A stretch of 63,599 nucleotides of DNA, filler included, from Reticulomyxa filosa (GCA_000512085.1; 28 parts of 28 records of this genome joined end to end with filler, not necessarily neighbours in it), one strand, 5' to 3'; numbered from the whole stretch's first letter, positions 39,396 through 54,141 are shown. Notes: generated from the letters alone by a model not told the origin. Translations and numbers: made by a program.

Positions 39396-39838
39396 AATAT
39401 GTGAATAAAGCTTTTTGATTTATCTTTTTTTTTCCTTCATTAAAAATATCATGTACCTGGCATTCTTTTGAATTATCAATCATTCATATCCTGTTTCAGG
39501 AGAAAATGTTGTTTTTGATAATACACACTGTTGTTCTTTTTATTTTATCTTGTTTTGAATGTTTGATACTATATAAAAACAATAGCAAATAGACATTAAA
39601 AAAAAACAATTTCAAAAATTATTACTGAAGAAAACGCAATACTTAAAATATTTTGCAATTCTTTAAAAAATATTGAATGCAACTATTTCAATATTTTGAA
39701 ACAACAAAGCAAAATAAAACACATCATTCAATGCTTGCATTCAATCAAATCAAACAAGTTTGGTATCACTTTATTTTTTTTAATCAAGCTTTTCAAACAA
39801 AAAAAACATTTTTATTTCTTATTTCATAAAACAGAAAA

Positions 39839-40025
39839 TTATCCCCAAATACGAATTGGACCTTTGCGTGAACCATAACATAAATTCAAATCATGTGCGA
39901 TATTCTTTGTCTCCTTTTTCTTTTTCAATCCAATAAATTTAAGACAATATATTCCACCATCTTCTTTCTCATCTCCTTTGGTCAGATACAATTCATTCTT
40001 ATTTGATCGAATATCCCAAAAACGA
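39839..40025 (-). pseudogene. WD40-repeat gene 3' end (frameshifted)
   Basis: RFWDIRSNKNELY...KGD...DGGI ... CYGSRKGPIRIWG*. Confidence 0.7.
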
Positions 40026-43000
40026 NNNNNNNNNNNNNNNNNNNNNNNNNNNNNNNNNNNNNNNNNNNNTTAATTAATTAANNNNNNNNNNNNNNNNNNN
40101 NNNNNNNNNNNNNNNNNNNNNNNNNGAGAAAGAAAAAACGCTAAGTGTTTTAAGTTTTTTTTTAAGTTATGCTGAAGTATTTTGTAAGAAAAAATTCTTT
40201 GTTAAATAAAATAAATTTTAATCAATTAATTTATTACAAAAATTCAAAATACAGAATTCTTAATGTCAAGAACACTTGATCATTAAGACTATTTATACGT
40301 TGACATATAATATACAAAAAGTCCGCCAGTGCCCACATCAAAAAAGGGCCAAGACTATGGGGGCCACACCAAAAAAAGGGTGTATCTATTGTCCTTTTTT
40401 TAATTATCGCTTTTGTAGGCATTACCTGACCAACTAAGAATAATTGTGAATGCGCCAGAGAATTAGCCATTCCTTTTTGCAATTATTACAAAATAGATGT
40501 TATTGTCTTCTCATTGGCAATCATAAACTATTTGCTCGTGGACTTAGTGATACTTTCTGCACAGTATTATGTCTCGACTTTTTTTTTTGTTTCATTTTGA
40601 AATCTGTTCTTTTGTTTTGTTTTTTTGTGTGCTATTTATTTCAAAATGAAAAAAAGTTGTGTAATGTTCAACTTAACTTTAGGAGCTCTTGTACGGTGTT
40701 TTCGTTGTAGCAACGTCGTAAGAAAAACTTTAAAAAACTTAGAAAGTCAAGATGTCAAGGAATAATAACGCGGTACTGGTTTTCATTTAAAAGGTCTTGT
40801 TCAAATGTTGATAGATTTAGATTTTCAAAAAAAACTTTTTTAGTCTAGAACTTTTTTTTTCCTGTTTGACGTGAAAAGTATCGCAAAGTGATCTTGATCA
40901 AATATTTGAATCAAAAGTATTTTATTTTGATGAAATATGTTAATTAAAATTGAAAATTACAATTTTCTTTTTTCATAAAAGCTTTGCAGTTGCGTAATCG
41001 TAAAACACCTTTTTTTCTTTTCTTGGTCAAGTCAGAGTTTGGGCTGGCGTTGAAGGATGGCCACACTGTACCAATGTTCCCACTCCAATAATGCACACAT
41101 CATTAATTTGGCTGTCGGCACACTACAAGTCATTTCACTACAGCCACGTCCAACGGGTGCTAAGACCGTGTCAACAGCCATCACATATATTACCACACCG
41201 ACAATCACATTAACAAACATCACAACGGCCATTTACACACTGCCATCACACAAATTGGAATGTATGGGCAGCAAAGCGCCCAATCACGAGATTTGAAAAA
41301 AAAAAAGAGTCAATATTGTGACATTGCAATCCAGTAAGTTCATTATGTATTTCTTTCAATTAAAAAAAAAGATGGAGTTATGTAAAAAACTTTGATAATA
41401 CAAAATGGAAATATGTTTCAATTTTATAATTAAAAAAAAACACAATAGACAACACGCCAAGACTACCAGAGTAAATGCTTTGCTCAAGTCAAGGCCACGA
41501 TGGAGACATACGTGGTAAGACAATGCAAGCACAAACGATGGAATGATTGGCAGCGTTCGTGTGGAAAGCAAGGTCGATATTGTCAAGAGAACTGATAGTA
41601 TATTCGTTCAAGACAAGTTGGGAGTAAATATTATAATGGCATTACACACGCCAGTCGAACAGACAGTGTGGCATCCAAATGGCATTATGTGGGCCATATA
41701 TGCATTGCGCAAATGGAAATGCCCTTATGGTGATGGTGAGCATACTGTTGGCTGGTGTGACCATTCAATGTATCAGGCCATTATCTCAAATTTCGTCAAT
41801 GTATGGGCGCGTTGCTAAATGATTGAACGTGACGAACTGTGTAGTCACAAAAAGGCCGGTACACGGCAGAGCAAAAAGGGACAGCCAATTACAAGAAGAC
41901 GGCACCCAATTGGTACATCAAACATTTTTTAACATACGTATATACATGTACATACTTTTGTTTTTTGAAATAAACGCACGAAAACAATGTATAGTTATTT
42001 TTTTTTGAACGTATAAAAAATATCATAGGACAATGACGCGACAATGACACCACAAAACGAGCAAAAACGGGGTAGAATCTACTCCGTCTCCTAAAGGAGC
42101 AAAAAAGGTTTGATATCTTTTTTTTAATTATTATAAAAATATCAATCTGATGTGTGCTTGCGTATAGGAATCCTCCGTCCGCCAAAAACTGTTACTTGTT
42201 TGCCACTTCACTCCACATAAAAAAAAAAATGGGGTCGAAGACCATCCTGTTTCCGATAAAAAAATTAGTGGTATGTTGTGTTTATATGTTTATGTTTTCT
42301 TTTATCAAAATAATGTGATTGTGTTTGTCATATATAGGAATTCCCCCGCACAAAGAAAAAAAATTTATTTTTATGTTTTGTTTGTACAATACATACCTAA
42401 AAAATTTTGATTGTGTAACACAGGAGAAAAATTGAAATGGTAGCTTTAACTCCACATTACAAGTATGTTTTTTTTTGCTGATCTAAAATTTTTAAAAATT
42501 TTTGTGTGTTTGTACAGATGAACCAGAATACAAATGTTTTTTTGAAGAAGAAATTGGATAAGTGGGAGAGGGAAAAAAAGGGGAAGATAGATAAAAAATA
42601 TTAGGGAAAAAAAGAAGGTTGAAAAGAAAATAGAAAAGAATGGAAAAAAAAAGATAAAAAAAGATTATTAAAAAAAAAGTAAAAATAAAAATTGGGAGAA
42701 AAAGAGAAAGAAATAAGAAAAAAAATGATTATAAAGAAAAAAAAAATGGTTGAAATAAAAAGAAGAATAATAAAAAGATTGATAAAAAAGAAAAAGAAAA
42801 AGAAAAATGATAAAAATTAAAAAGTATTGGAGCTATGCTCAACAATAAAAAGTTAAGTAAAATGAATTTTTTTTTTTTTTATATTGACTTGTTTAAAAAT
42901 AAAAAAATAGGAAGAAAGATCAAAATATTGTGGAAATATGTTATATATTCGATATTCGTTCGTTGCGCTTTATCGTGTCATCATATCCAATCATATTCAT

Positions 43001-44588
43001 ATATACGTCCAAGCGATGGAGGCAGAAAAGATTTTTGGTTTTTGATTTGTAGTTATTACTGATATTGCGCTAACAATGTGCTAGCGTTAGTACGACTGGA
43101 ATTATCGAAATCTGTCCTGGATCCGCAGCGAGAGTTCATCATATGATTGCAATATTCGTATCCAGATTTGGGCCAATGCAAGATCAACGGTAATTCTATC
43201 AGTATTCTCAGCAATATATCGTACAATGTCTTTCCACGTCTTTGTACAATAGTTGTAAACGCAGTGCGTGCTGCGAGCTGCCAATGTGCCGTTGCGATTA
43301 TTGCTGTTGAAAAGTCGTTTGGAGTTGCCAGTTGTCGTGTTTTTCCAATTACACAAATTAATCATATTGACAGTGAAGACAACAACAGGCCTGTCACACA
43401 AATGGCGTAAAATACTGCACACAATGGTACAGCGACAAAGACCACTGGTTGCAAGTCAAATGGAGAATAATCACTCGTACGAAAAGTGGCAAAGATAAAC
43501 CCGTTGCGAATTGAAACCATAATATCTAGACATAATCGCAAAATCAAGATACGGAATTTTACAACAGTAATTATAGTGCACATATCCATTAACAGTCGCA
43601 AGCGGCGCAAAATTATCGGAGATGAATCACGACGATAGATGGCGACAAGTTCTCAAGCGTGAAGAAGGGAGAAGATATTTATTATCAATGCATAGGCGTG
43701 CGAGTCTTTTTTGCAACAAGAATTGGTAGATTACGTTTTGCAGTGCTAATTTGCATCGAATACAACAAAGGAAGTGAGTTCGACATATGGATACAATACA
43801 TGTTTGATATGTGGAAATATTATTAGATGCGAGTATATTTAGCCATTTATTTGATTGCGAATACGGAGCAATGCAATGGTTGGATACAAACAGTTAAGCG
43901 AATGTCGTGTGGCGAGTGGGCTTGAATATTACAGTACAAAAAATTTTAGATTGTTGTCATTCTTTCGCGTGTTGGATNNNNNNNNNNNNNNNNNNNNNNN
44001 NNNNNNNNNNNNNNNNNNNNNTTAATTAATTAANNNNNNNNNNNNNNNNNNNNNNNNNNNNNNNNNNNNNNNNNNNNGTATAGTGCCATTTAGGTATGTC
44101 AGTTTTTTTTGCAATCTACTGATGAATGATCTAAAAATATTTTTTTTGTAACGCACCTGCGTCTTAAAGTTAGAAAATCGTAAAAAAACAACAGTTTTTC
44201 AACTTTAAATGTGAAATTTTCAAATAAGAAGATAGATTTGGACTTCAATTTTATGTTTTGAACCTCAAGAGTTGGTCTTGACCTATATCTTCAATAATAC
44301 TCAAACTTTGCTAAAGGAGAAGTCTGTCAAGGAAACACAACAACTTATGGAATAGTGGCCGGAAAATTTTTTAAAATCTTTTTGTTTAAAGAATTTAGAT
44401 AAATCACGTGACAAATTTTTTAAAAGTATGCAATTGTATCAAAGAGAATTTTGAAATAATTTTGATCTGTTATGAATATAAACTGAATTGACAAAAGGAT
44501 TGACCAAGAAGAGCGCTGAAAAAGTAAAACTGCCTCACTTATGACAAATAATCCAAAGCGACAAATCATTGGTTTTTTTTTTAAATTA

Positions 44589-45140
44589 CTATTGCCTAAC
44601 GAAGCATTTTTCTACTTTTGACAGAGTTTCACTCTTGGCCATACTTTCCTCAATCTCTACCTTTTCTTGGCCTAAAAGCCATTTCATTTTATGTTGCCCT
44701 AGCAAACATTCGACAGGCACTTGACTCTTTAAAGAAGTGTTCGAACTACCCCAGTCTCTGCGGAAATTGGATGATGACGCATGGCAAATCGATGAAAAGT
44801 GATGACAAGAATAGTCACAACGAGAATACCTTTTTGATATTTGGGTCACATAAAAAAAAGATTCAACTCCTCTGTCTCTTTGTTCATATATATATATATA
44901 TGTATGTGACACATAAATACAAAAGAAAAAAAAAACACACAACTCAACGATTTAAACACCATTTTATCTAAATTACTACGAAAGTTACAGTCGGTGGATG
45001 TAACGGATACAGAAAATCGTTCTGGTTTGAATATTTGAACAGCTTTTGTAATTAAATTTTTCTGATATTTAGTTTGACAATTTGTCTCGAAGCTGACGTA
45101 GCTGACATGTTCTTCTGGTGTGACGTGCACTGTCCAATAA
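44589..45140 (-). CDS. AMD1: S-adenosylmethionine decarboxylase, C-terminal exons
   Basis: YWTVHVTPEEHVSYVSFETN...LITKAVQIFKPERFSVSV is the eukaryotic SAMDC C-terminal signature. Confidence 0.85.
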
Positions 45141-45341
45141 CTGTCACACCAAATAAAACATTGATTAGCATTTGATGATTTTTTTTTNNNNNNNNNNNNN
45201 NNNNNNNNNNNNNNNNNNNNNNNNNNNNNNNTTAATTAATTAANNNNNNNNNNNNNNNNNNNNNNNNNNNNNNNNNNNNNNNNNNNNTATATGTATATAT
45301 ATGTCCATATGTGGTCTATTGCAAATGAATTGTAAAAAAAA

Positions 45342-47561
45342 GGTGGTCAAAACAGTTACGAATGGAACGAACATTGCAGTCATTTATTGGTCCCAAAAGA
45401 GGTATTAATAACGGCCAAGTTGGTGTTGGCAGTGATTGATAACAAGCCAATTGTGACAAGTGAATGGATTAGCGAACTTTGGAACACACACACAATGGTC
45501 GAAGCATCTCAGTTTGAGCCAGACGATGTTGTCAAATACAAATCGCAAGGAATTGAACATTCAATGACCGGAACTGTATCTAATCGTAAGATATTGTTTG
45601 CATATTGCCACTTGCTATTTTTAGACGAAACAAAAGTTATTGAACTGTGTTTTGCTTGGCTTGCACAAACTGCATTGCACTTGCTTTGAACTGAACAGAA
45701 AGAAGAAAATGAAAGAATTGTTCGAGAGTGCAATGGAACAGTGCACTTGATAAGCACTTTGAATGATTTGACGGAAGTGATCAAACAGTTTGTGCCATCG
45801 AATGAAATGCATAATCATTACTTGGCAGTATTCGATGACGATACAATTGAAGTCATTCACTCGCGCTTATATTCATCCCTTTCCTCTTTGCATTTGAACA
45901 TCAATCGTTGTGGATTCATTTCCGAAGCCATTTTGAATAATCACGTCAACGTGGACCCGCGTTCACAAATACCCAACTCCATTGAATGGACCAATGCCAA
46001 GACATTGAGTCGTCGTTTGGGAATGGCGAACACTAGTCACAATCATAATAATGACAATAGAAATACTCATCACTTGAACATCAATGCTAATGGCAATCAC
46101 AATAATAACAATATTATTCATAATAAAAATAATAACAATATTAATAATATTGATAATAATATTAATAATGACAAAATGATAATTGACGAAGAGACAGAAA
46201 ATGAAATGAATGATCTTATGTTCGATGATCACGTAAATAGCTTACTCCGTCCAACAAAGACATGTTCTGCGGTTGAACCGCCCTTGCAACATGCATCTCA
46301 TCATCGACCGTCCTTCTCTTCTCCGACCTCGTCACGAAGTCGTGGCATCGACAGAGACCACGCGATCAAACGTAAGCGCGAATCATCTCCTTCGGAAGAG
46401 TTACATCCACAGATCAGTCCTCCATCCTCCAAAAAAATTAAACGAATGAGTAGCTTTTCTGAGTCTTTGCCGGACAATGAAATAGTTCCATCAATTACAA
46501 TACAACAACGCCATGACTCTATCAATGAACCTCTTTCAGATCATGCTGCACACAACGCTGAACAAAGATTTATCTCTTTAAAACAATGGAAACAAGAATG
46601 GGAACTCGACGAAGACGAAAAAAAAAATACGTTTCTTCCGTCTCAATCTACACATTTGCAAAATCAAAATAACCAGTTGATCAATTGTCCATCAAAACAT
46701 ATGACAAAAATGCGGAAACGCATTGATACACACGCTCCCTTTCCTGAAGATGTTGTTTGTAAGCAAAATTAATATCTTGCACTTGATCCATGTGTATGCG
46801 TGTGTAATCTATGTAGAGAATTCAACAATGACGGTAATCCACCAATCACAGAGAATTGTATTGTTGAAATGGATTTGGTGATCAGACATGAGTTACATTT
46901 TTGTTTCTTTGTTTGTTTGTTTGTTTTTGCTCGTTTTGCTTTTTTTCCCCAATTATCAGAAAACCAAACATAAAAGCAAAGACGATAATGACCTAATTCC
47001 AGCCAATGGTAAGAATAATATTGACAGCGAATTTTCTAAGAATTTGCCTGCTGAAGCATGGACACAACCAAATTTCAAAAAATTTAAAAAAGTTTTGAGT
47101 CATGTTGTTTTCGACCAGTCCTACTCTTATAAATCCAATTGAATACATACAATAAAAGAAAAAAAGCGGATCTGACGCATCACAATTGATCGAACTCGAT
47201 ACTGGAAAAGTATACGAGAACGAAGTTAGATGGAGAGAGATACTATATATATGTATCATCTTTATTTTTCTTCTCTCCTTCTGTCCTCTTAGCCCTTTGG
47301 GTACAATAGATACCAGATGCTTGGCTGATGGAAGAGTCCAAAAGAGAAGAAAAAGAGCAAATATCGACTAATATGTTTGAAACTGAAGAAGAATCACAAA
47401 AAATTCAATCACGAAGAAAAAAAAGAAGTTTGAAAGAAATGGAAGTGGATACAAACAACAATGGACAATCACAAGAGGGTCTTGATGATATTGTAATCGT
47501 AGGATCCTCCAGACACCCAAAGAAAAAAGCAAAAAATTGGATAAAATCTTCATTTTTTTAA
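45342..47561 (+). CDS. NBS1: Nibrin/NBS1-like (5' truncated, multi-exon)
   Basis: BRCT: GG...EWNEHCSHLLV...ITAKLVLAVIDNKPIVTSEWI and RKILF. C-terminal NFKKFKK (MRE11-binding motif) at about 47070-47090, then WL.EE...EEKEQISTNMF resembling the ATM-binding tail. Confidence 0.8.
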
Positions 47562-47949
47562 AATTCTCTTTGTTGACTATTTCACCGTCTCGGCTATTGA
47601 TCAATGGCAGCCTGGTGTGATGGGTGAATTGGGGTCAACATGATTGTTTTTGAGAATTGGTACCTAGCAAGAAACAACAAAACTTTGACAAATTCAATAA
47701 TTTTGCTGCCTTGCAAATCACTTACTGCCTTTTAATAGACTTAAAATGCTATACCTTATCCTTTTCTCTTTACGAACAGGGTCGTTCAATCACACACAAG
47801 AACAACAACACCTAACACAACAATTACACACATTCTTGAATGGGAAACCCTCAAAAAAAAACCAGAAAGACCGGTTGATGAAGGTGTTCCAATTTTCAAA
47901 AGATACAATTCTACGTGTTTCAATTTCAATTAAAACGAATCCATATATA

Positions 47950-49993
47950 AACATAAATATTAAAAAAAACTACTATGTCCAAACATAACAACGCTGCAGG
48001 TCATTATCCACAATTGACCTATACCAAATCCAAACTTATGTCGGTGCAGCCCGTACAAAATGTAGCAGCCACCTTTTTTTTTTTTTGTTAAGGACGTAAA
48101 TAAGTAGTTAGTCAAATGAGCAAATAAATAAAATTAACCACAAAGTAGACATGCCCATAGCACCCACACAATTACTTCAGCTGCAGGCACAAGTAAGCGT
48201 ATATTTTTGATAACCAACAGTGAAGTCGTAGCAAGCATAGCAGCCCACATAGGAATGGAATCAACGGTCGCAAAGTAAATTGGATTTTCCACTCTTAAAT
48301 ACCTAAAATACACCCGGATGGCATATATCCACATGACAATACAAAGCAAATCTTGCACGAGCAATAAATAATTGAAGTACCCAGAATGACTGTTGTTATC
48401 GATTTGCCAAGAGGAATGCACATGAGAAGATGATGGTTTTCCATAGATACGAAAACGTAGCAAATTTTGTTCCAATCCATTGAGATAATAAATACCCATT
48501 AAAAACCATTTGACCGTATTGAGTAAAATCAACTCGTCCAAAGAAGATTTGACATCGTCCAAAATCAATTGAGATTGTGACGTCACTGCTTGGATTGATT
48601 TCGGATTGGCGCTTATTGTGCGATTAAAACAAGGCAGAGACAATGATATTATATCCTGCGTGACTAACCCATGAATTAATGAAACGAATAGTTTATTTTT
48701 AGTACTCGTGTCCGTGAGGAAGTCTCTTGAAAATAATTCTTGGAACATTCTCAAATTCGATACGCATTGTTCGAAATGATAGTAATTCGACACAGTTATA
48801 TCAATCAAACATACAATTACGCCAATCATATATGCTATATTAACACCTGACCACTCTGTGTCCGCATCTTTATTTTTCATGTTGTGTATTATATCTCGTT
48901 TTATTTTTATTTGTTTGTTTTCGGACGATAAATAAAACACCTAGGCTAGGACCCCTTGGCGGAGCAAGCAAATAAACAATTAGGACAACCAAGATGATAC
49001 AATGGATCCAGCGTATAATGTTGCAGCGATTGAATTTGGCTGAATGTGTTGTAAACAATGTATCAGAACGACAGTAGTTCCACTCAAATCGTTGGCGATG
49101 CAAACAACTGCGAATTTCATTCCAACCTGTCGATTTAATAAGAGGCCATAAAGGATTATTATATATCTTGTTCACGTCTATATCGTTGCTATCCTTCGTC
49201 TCATTATGCTCAGAATGCATCCTTCCCAACTCGTATTCGATAATCAAATCGCAAATTTCGTTAGGCAAAAATATATCCTCGTTGTCTTTTGTCCATATCT
49301 GAGTGATCACTAGAGTAGAAAATTCCAATGCTCTTTCATGACATATTTGATGATAAATATCATCCCATTCTTTGTCCAAAGCCCTTTTTTCATAAATATA
49401 GGCCAATAAATTGTGCATGGAGCTCACTCGATTGCATAAATATCCCGTATTTACTATTGATTCGATTCCACAGTCAGTACACATTGTATAGCCTTTCCAG
49501 TGTGGGTGAATCACTCCACTTGGACAATACCATATGTTGTTTTCCATTCTTTTTTTAGAGAGTGACATTCTTTTGGGGACTGGTGAAACTTCTATTCCGC
49601 ATTCATGGCATATGCCCAGACCATCTTTTGTCCGTATACAATCATAATAGCTTATCGTATTCAAATGATCACTGATAGTGGTCGAGGGCACAAATTGTAG
49701 TGTACGACCACATATACAGACAGGTAGTTTTCCTTTCACTTCTTCCAATAGTTCAATGCTTTTTTTCTTTACAAACAAACAAAAAATCAAAGCAAAAATA
49801 GAAACAGCAAAAGTTCATGTTTCGTATACCCACATTTTCTGGGATGTCTTCTCTGTTGCTTGGCAAAGGAGGTTTGCTCTGATTTTTGTTGAGACTGTTT
49901 ACAGTTAGTGACTCTTTTAATGAGCGCATTCAAGATTTGCAAGGGATTGCTATCAGATATGAAGCATACACGTAGCGCAAATGCCTTTGACAA
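47950..49993 (-). CDS. Hypothetical protein: Cys/His-rich N-terminal part + multi-pass membrane C-terminal part
   Basis: ORFs 48870-49790 (CICG, CHEC, YCP..HP...CTDC) and 48134-48940 (several hydrophobic helices); join uncertain. Confidence 0.55.
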
Positions 49994-50650
49994 ATAAAAT
50001 ACTTATTGTTTTCTTTTTTTAGTGGAGGGACGTCTTCTTTCTGCGCCGTTCTTTGTTTGTCCTTATCACTTTGTCAACGATCACAAACACTGTTCGCTTC
50101 AGATGAAACGAGTATGCACATCAAATCAATATTCGATGTGAGTTGGCTTTCTCTTTATGACAAAATCAAGTCGGAGCAAACAAAAACAGAGTTAAAAGAA
50201 AAAGAATTAAGCACACGGCATTTTGTTTAAATGAGAATTCGAAACATTTGAAACTGGCCACTTCTGACTTTATGCAGAGTAAATTGCTTCACTGAGTGCA
50301 TCATACTTATGGCCTTAAGAATAAGTTAAAATTAATTAAAGAAAATAAGTAAAAATTAACAATAAAAAAATATTAATCATTTTGAATGAAGTTTCTTCAC
50401 TGCTTTATTGATTTTATTTCAGTGATCTATATCAATATGGAGTAACTCTCGTTCTGTTGTTTGTCTAGCTTGAGCTGGTAATGCTTTGCTGTTTTGCTTG
50501 ATGCTTGTCTTTGGTGTCGACATGGCTTTATTATGTAAGTTATTTGTTGGCACGAATGTGTTTTTTACGACTAAAAGTTCGTTAATATCTTGGCCCCTTG
50601 TTGATTAATATCTCAAGGAAAAATAACACCAAAGCAAAACTAAAAAACTG

Positions 50651-53600
50651 ATGAGCAATCATGAAGAAATTTCAGAAGAGCAAGCAACATTGTTGCGGGA
50701 AGAATTAGGAAAAATGTTTGCTCAAGCAGACACAGACCAAAACCAAAAGTTGGACTTGGTAGAATTTGAGGAGTTGATGCGACGACTAATGCCAGAGACG
50801 ACACACAAACAATGTGGACAAATCTTTGACACATTAGACAAAGAGAAGTCAGGGAGTATTCCATATAAAAGTCTCCTTCAAGACAAAGAGCAATTTTATG
50901 GTTTGCTTCGGGTTACTGAAACTGAATAAAGACAATAACACTCAAACAAACAGTACTGTTAAAAGAGCAAACTTAGCTAAAAAGTGGGCACACAACAAAA
51001 AACTTGGCGAAATAGGATGTGTTAGGAGTGGTCGTGTCGACGAGTAGCAGAAGCAACGTAGAAGATACGAAAGTGGATACAAGAAAGACGATTGAGGAAA
51101 AAGTGGAAGCGACGCCAAAGCAGTTGAACTCGCGATTGACATCATTGACACCGGACACGCACGTACTAAGTTCATTGACAGCTGTAAGCGATGACAACAG
51201 CAGATTGGGACTAGCAGAGAGCGATCAGAAAGCCCAAATTGCAACGCAAGTATTGAATGACATGGAGCAATTGAAGCAGCGATTGTACAAGCTATTTGAG
51301 GAAGGAGATAAAGATCACAATGATCTAATCGACGCCCTGGAATTTTCCGAAGTGATGCTAAAGGTGATGCCAAACGCACAAGAAGCGGACATTACCAATT
51401 TATTCAATGCCTTTGATGTGGACAAATCGGGAACCATTGATTACAAAGAATTGCTTAACAAAGATGCATTTCATCTGTTTATTAATGTTACATACATACA
51501 AATACAGCACTTTTTTTTTTTTAAAGAATTACGTATAATGAAAGAAAAATAGTACAGCAATAATACCCGAAATTGTATTTTGGCTTTTTTTTTTGCTGTG
51601 CTATGCTGTGTTGCAGAGACTGTTTTTGAATGATGTTCAAGTGAAAGTAATCGAAACGGCAAAGACCATAGCAGACGAAGTGGCAATAGATGCCGCGTAC
51701 GAAACGCAGGAGATTAAGGAACAACAGGTATACGACGACCGTGACTTGAAGCTGGTGCAACAGCAACAGGCGTTGATTTACAAATTGCAACAATACGTTA
51801 ATGAAATCGGCAAACCCAATGAAGAAGAAATCAAAGTGTTACGCGAAGACAATAAGACGCTATCGGAGGACAACAAACAATTGAAACAGCAACTGCGTGA
51901 TTTGACCCAAGCCTTTGAGACCTTGGAAAATGATGTGAAGCATACCACTGATCAATACGCGTCCAGAAACGAGGCTTTGGAACAGGAACTCAAAGCTTTG
52001 AGAGAAACTTTGCACAGCGTACCACAAAATGAGGTGTATACGTGTGTTGCTTTTTTTTTTTTCTCTCCCAATGTAACTCTTTCCCCCTTTTTTTTTGCAC
52101 ACTTGTGTCCGTGACTTGAAAGAGAATGATGAGTATGGCATTCAACGATAATGGACCCTTGATCACGTCACCGATCGAAAAGCAGCTGCAAGAACTAGAA
52201 GAAGAAAAACGGCAAATGGAAACCCTGTTGGGTGAACGACTAAGACTAGTCCAAGACTTGCAAGAGCAAGTCGGCGAATTGGAAAAAGTTGTCGCACAAC
52301 GAACTCAAGACTTGGCTCAAAGAGATCGTGGACTTGATGCCATGGAATCCGAACTCACGAAAACTAAAAATTTGCTATTTCGACGCATGCAGTCGTCTGT
52401 GCGTTTGAAAAACGAGGTGTTGGAATTGGAGGAGGAGTTGCAAAAGCAAGATCAATTCACGCCCAAAGAGGTATTTACCATTGATCTGTGTCTCTTTCAA
52501 TGTCTACTGTTTTCTCCCTCACCTATTTAACAACATTTGTGGTCTCGTACGTCGAATGAGTTGCATATAATACATATATATATGTATATATATATTGCCA
52601 TGACATAGCCAACGATTCCTGAAGGCAACGCCACCCTTCACATGCGAAGGCTATCCAAAGACATGGAAGCTCACTTTGAAAAAGGTTTGCTTCATTTGTA
52701 TGTATTGTGTGCGTCGCTTCAACAAATATGACACAACCTTTGCTTTAATTTTTTGTAATAAGAATCGCAAGAATGGGATGCATTTGTGCAAGAAATTAAT
52801 GCGTTTGGTCGAAATACCAGCGCCCCTTTGTCTGATGAAATTTATGAAGGTACATTTTTTATACGTGTGCCATCCTTGCATGTGCGTATATTTTTGGTGT
52901 CCCTTTGTGGCTGTGCTTTAAAAAAAACAAAACAAATGTTGGTATAGACGACGGCAAGAACAAAATAAGAGAGGAATGGGAAAAGAAATTAAAAGAATCA
53001 AATGCGGAATGGGACAATCAATTGAAGCAACTACAAATAACGCACGAAATGGAACTAAACGAATTAAAACAGACATTGAACAAAGAATTTGTCCAAAAGT
53101 GGAAGGAAGAGGAAATCAAAGTAGTACATGAAAGAAACCAACAGCTGATTAGTATGGAAAATGAAATTCGAAAACGAATCGATAAGTTTCGAGAACGAGA
53201 AAGTGAAGAGCCAATAGCTCAGTCAATTGATGGTCAAATCGATTTGGAATCATTGAAATTGCTTTATGAAGACGAAATGAAAAAATCTCGCCAATTTTAT
53301 GATAAAAAAATTGAAGAATATGTTTGTCTTATCAAATCATTCACTCATATGTTTCCTTTTTTAAGTCAGCCCATGGCAGTCCCATATTTTAACCGCGTTT
53401 GGATTCATTTTGCTTGCTTCGCTTGTTGCTTTATTTCTTTGTGTCTTTTTTGGGCAAAAACAAGGTGAAAAATTTGAGAGAGGAACTATCCAAAGAATTT
53501 GAGGCAAGCAACAAACAAGTGTCAGAACTTCGAGAATTGGAAATTGCAACACTGAAAGGAGAAAATTTGAAATTAACAAAAAAAATGAAAAATTAACTGC

Positions 53601-54141
53601 TGATATCCGCCGCGAAGTCGAAAAGAATTTGTTCACTCGACAACAATCTTTGAATGGCCCCACTTCGCACAATAGCTTCGATATAGAAAATGATCTTTAT
53701 CCTCAAAATTTAAATGTGACACAACAAGATGAAATAACATCTTTGCAAATCCATATTAAAGAAGTAGAACAAAAATCGACCGGGCAAATGCAGAGATTGA
53801 TTGACAAACACAATACTGAGATCCAAGCCCTTCAAAGATTATATGAAATGAAACTAAACACTGAAATACTAGAAATACATTATTTACGTGAACAAATGCA
53901 AGAATACATGCGAATTGCAAGTCAGTCGCAAACTGATGTCGATCCACCAGAATTCTCTGACCAAAAGTCACCAAAAAAACTACAATCCAAACAATTGCTG
54001 GGAGATGATGAAGAAGAAGAACATGTACCGACAAATCGTTCATGTGGATGGTATGTACTTTTTTTAGTTGTAAAGAAAAATATTGATCTGTTGTATTGTA
54101 ATGTGCGAAATAGTGTTGTCTTTGGTTGTTTGTGGTGGTGA
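50651..54141 (+). CDS. EF-hand (4x) plus long coiled-coil protein, multi-exon
   Basis: EF loops DTDQNQKLDLVEF, DKEKSGSIPYKSL, DKDHNDLIDALEF and DVDKSGTIDYKEL, then coiled-coil exons to the stop at 54141. Confidence 0.8.

Noticed and set aside
40126-43977. Coding-like patches, possibly a membrane or Cys-rich gene
   Set aside because: Multiple stops in all frames and no recognisable motif; cannot support a call.
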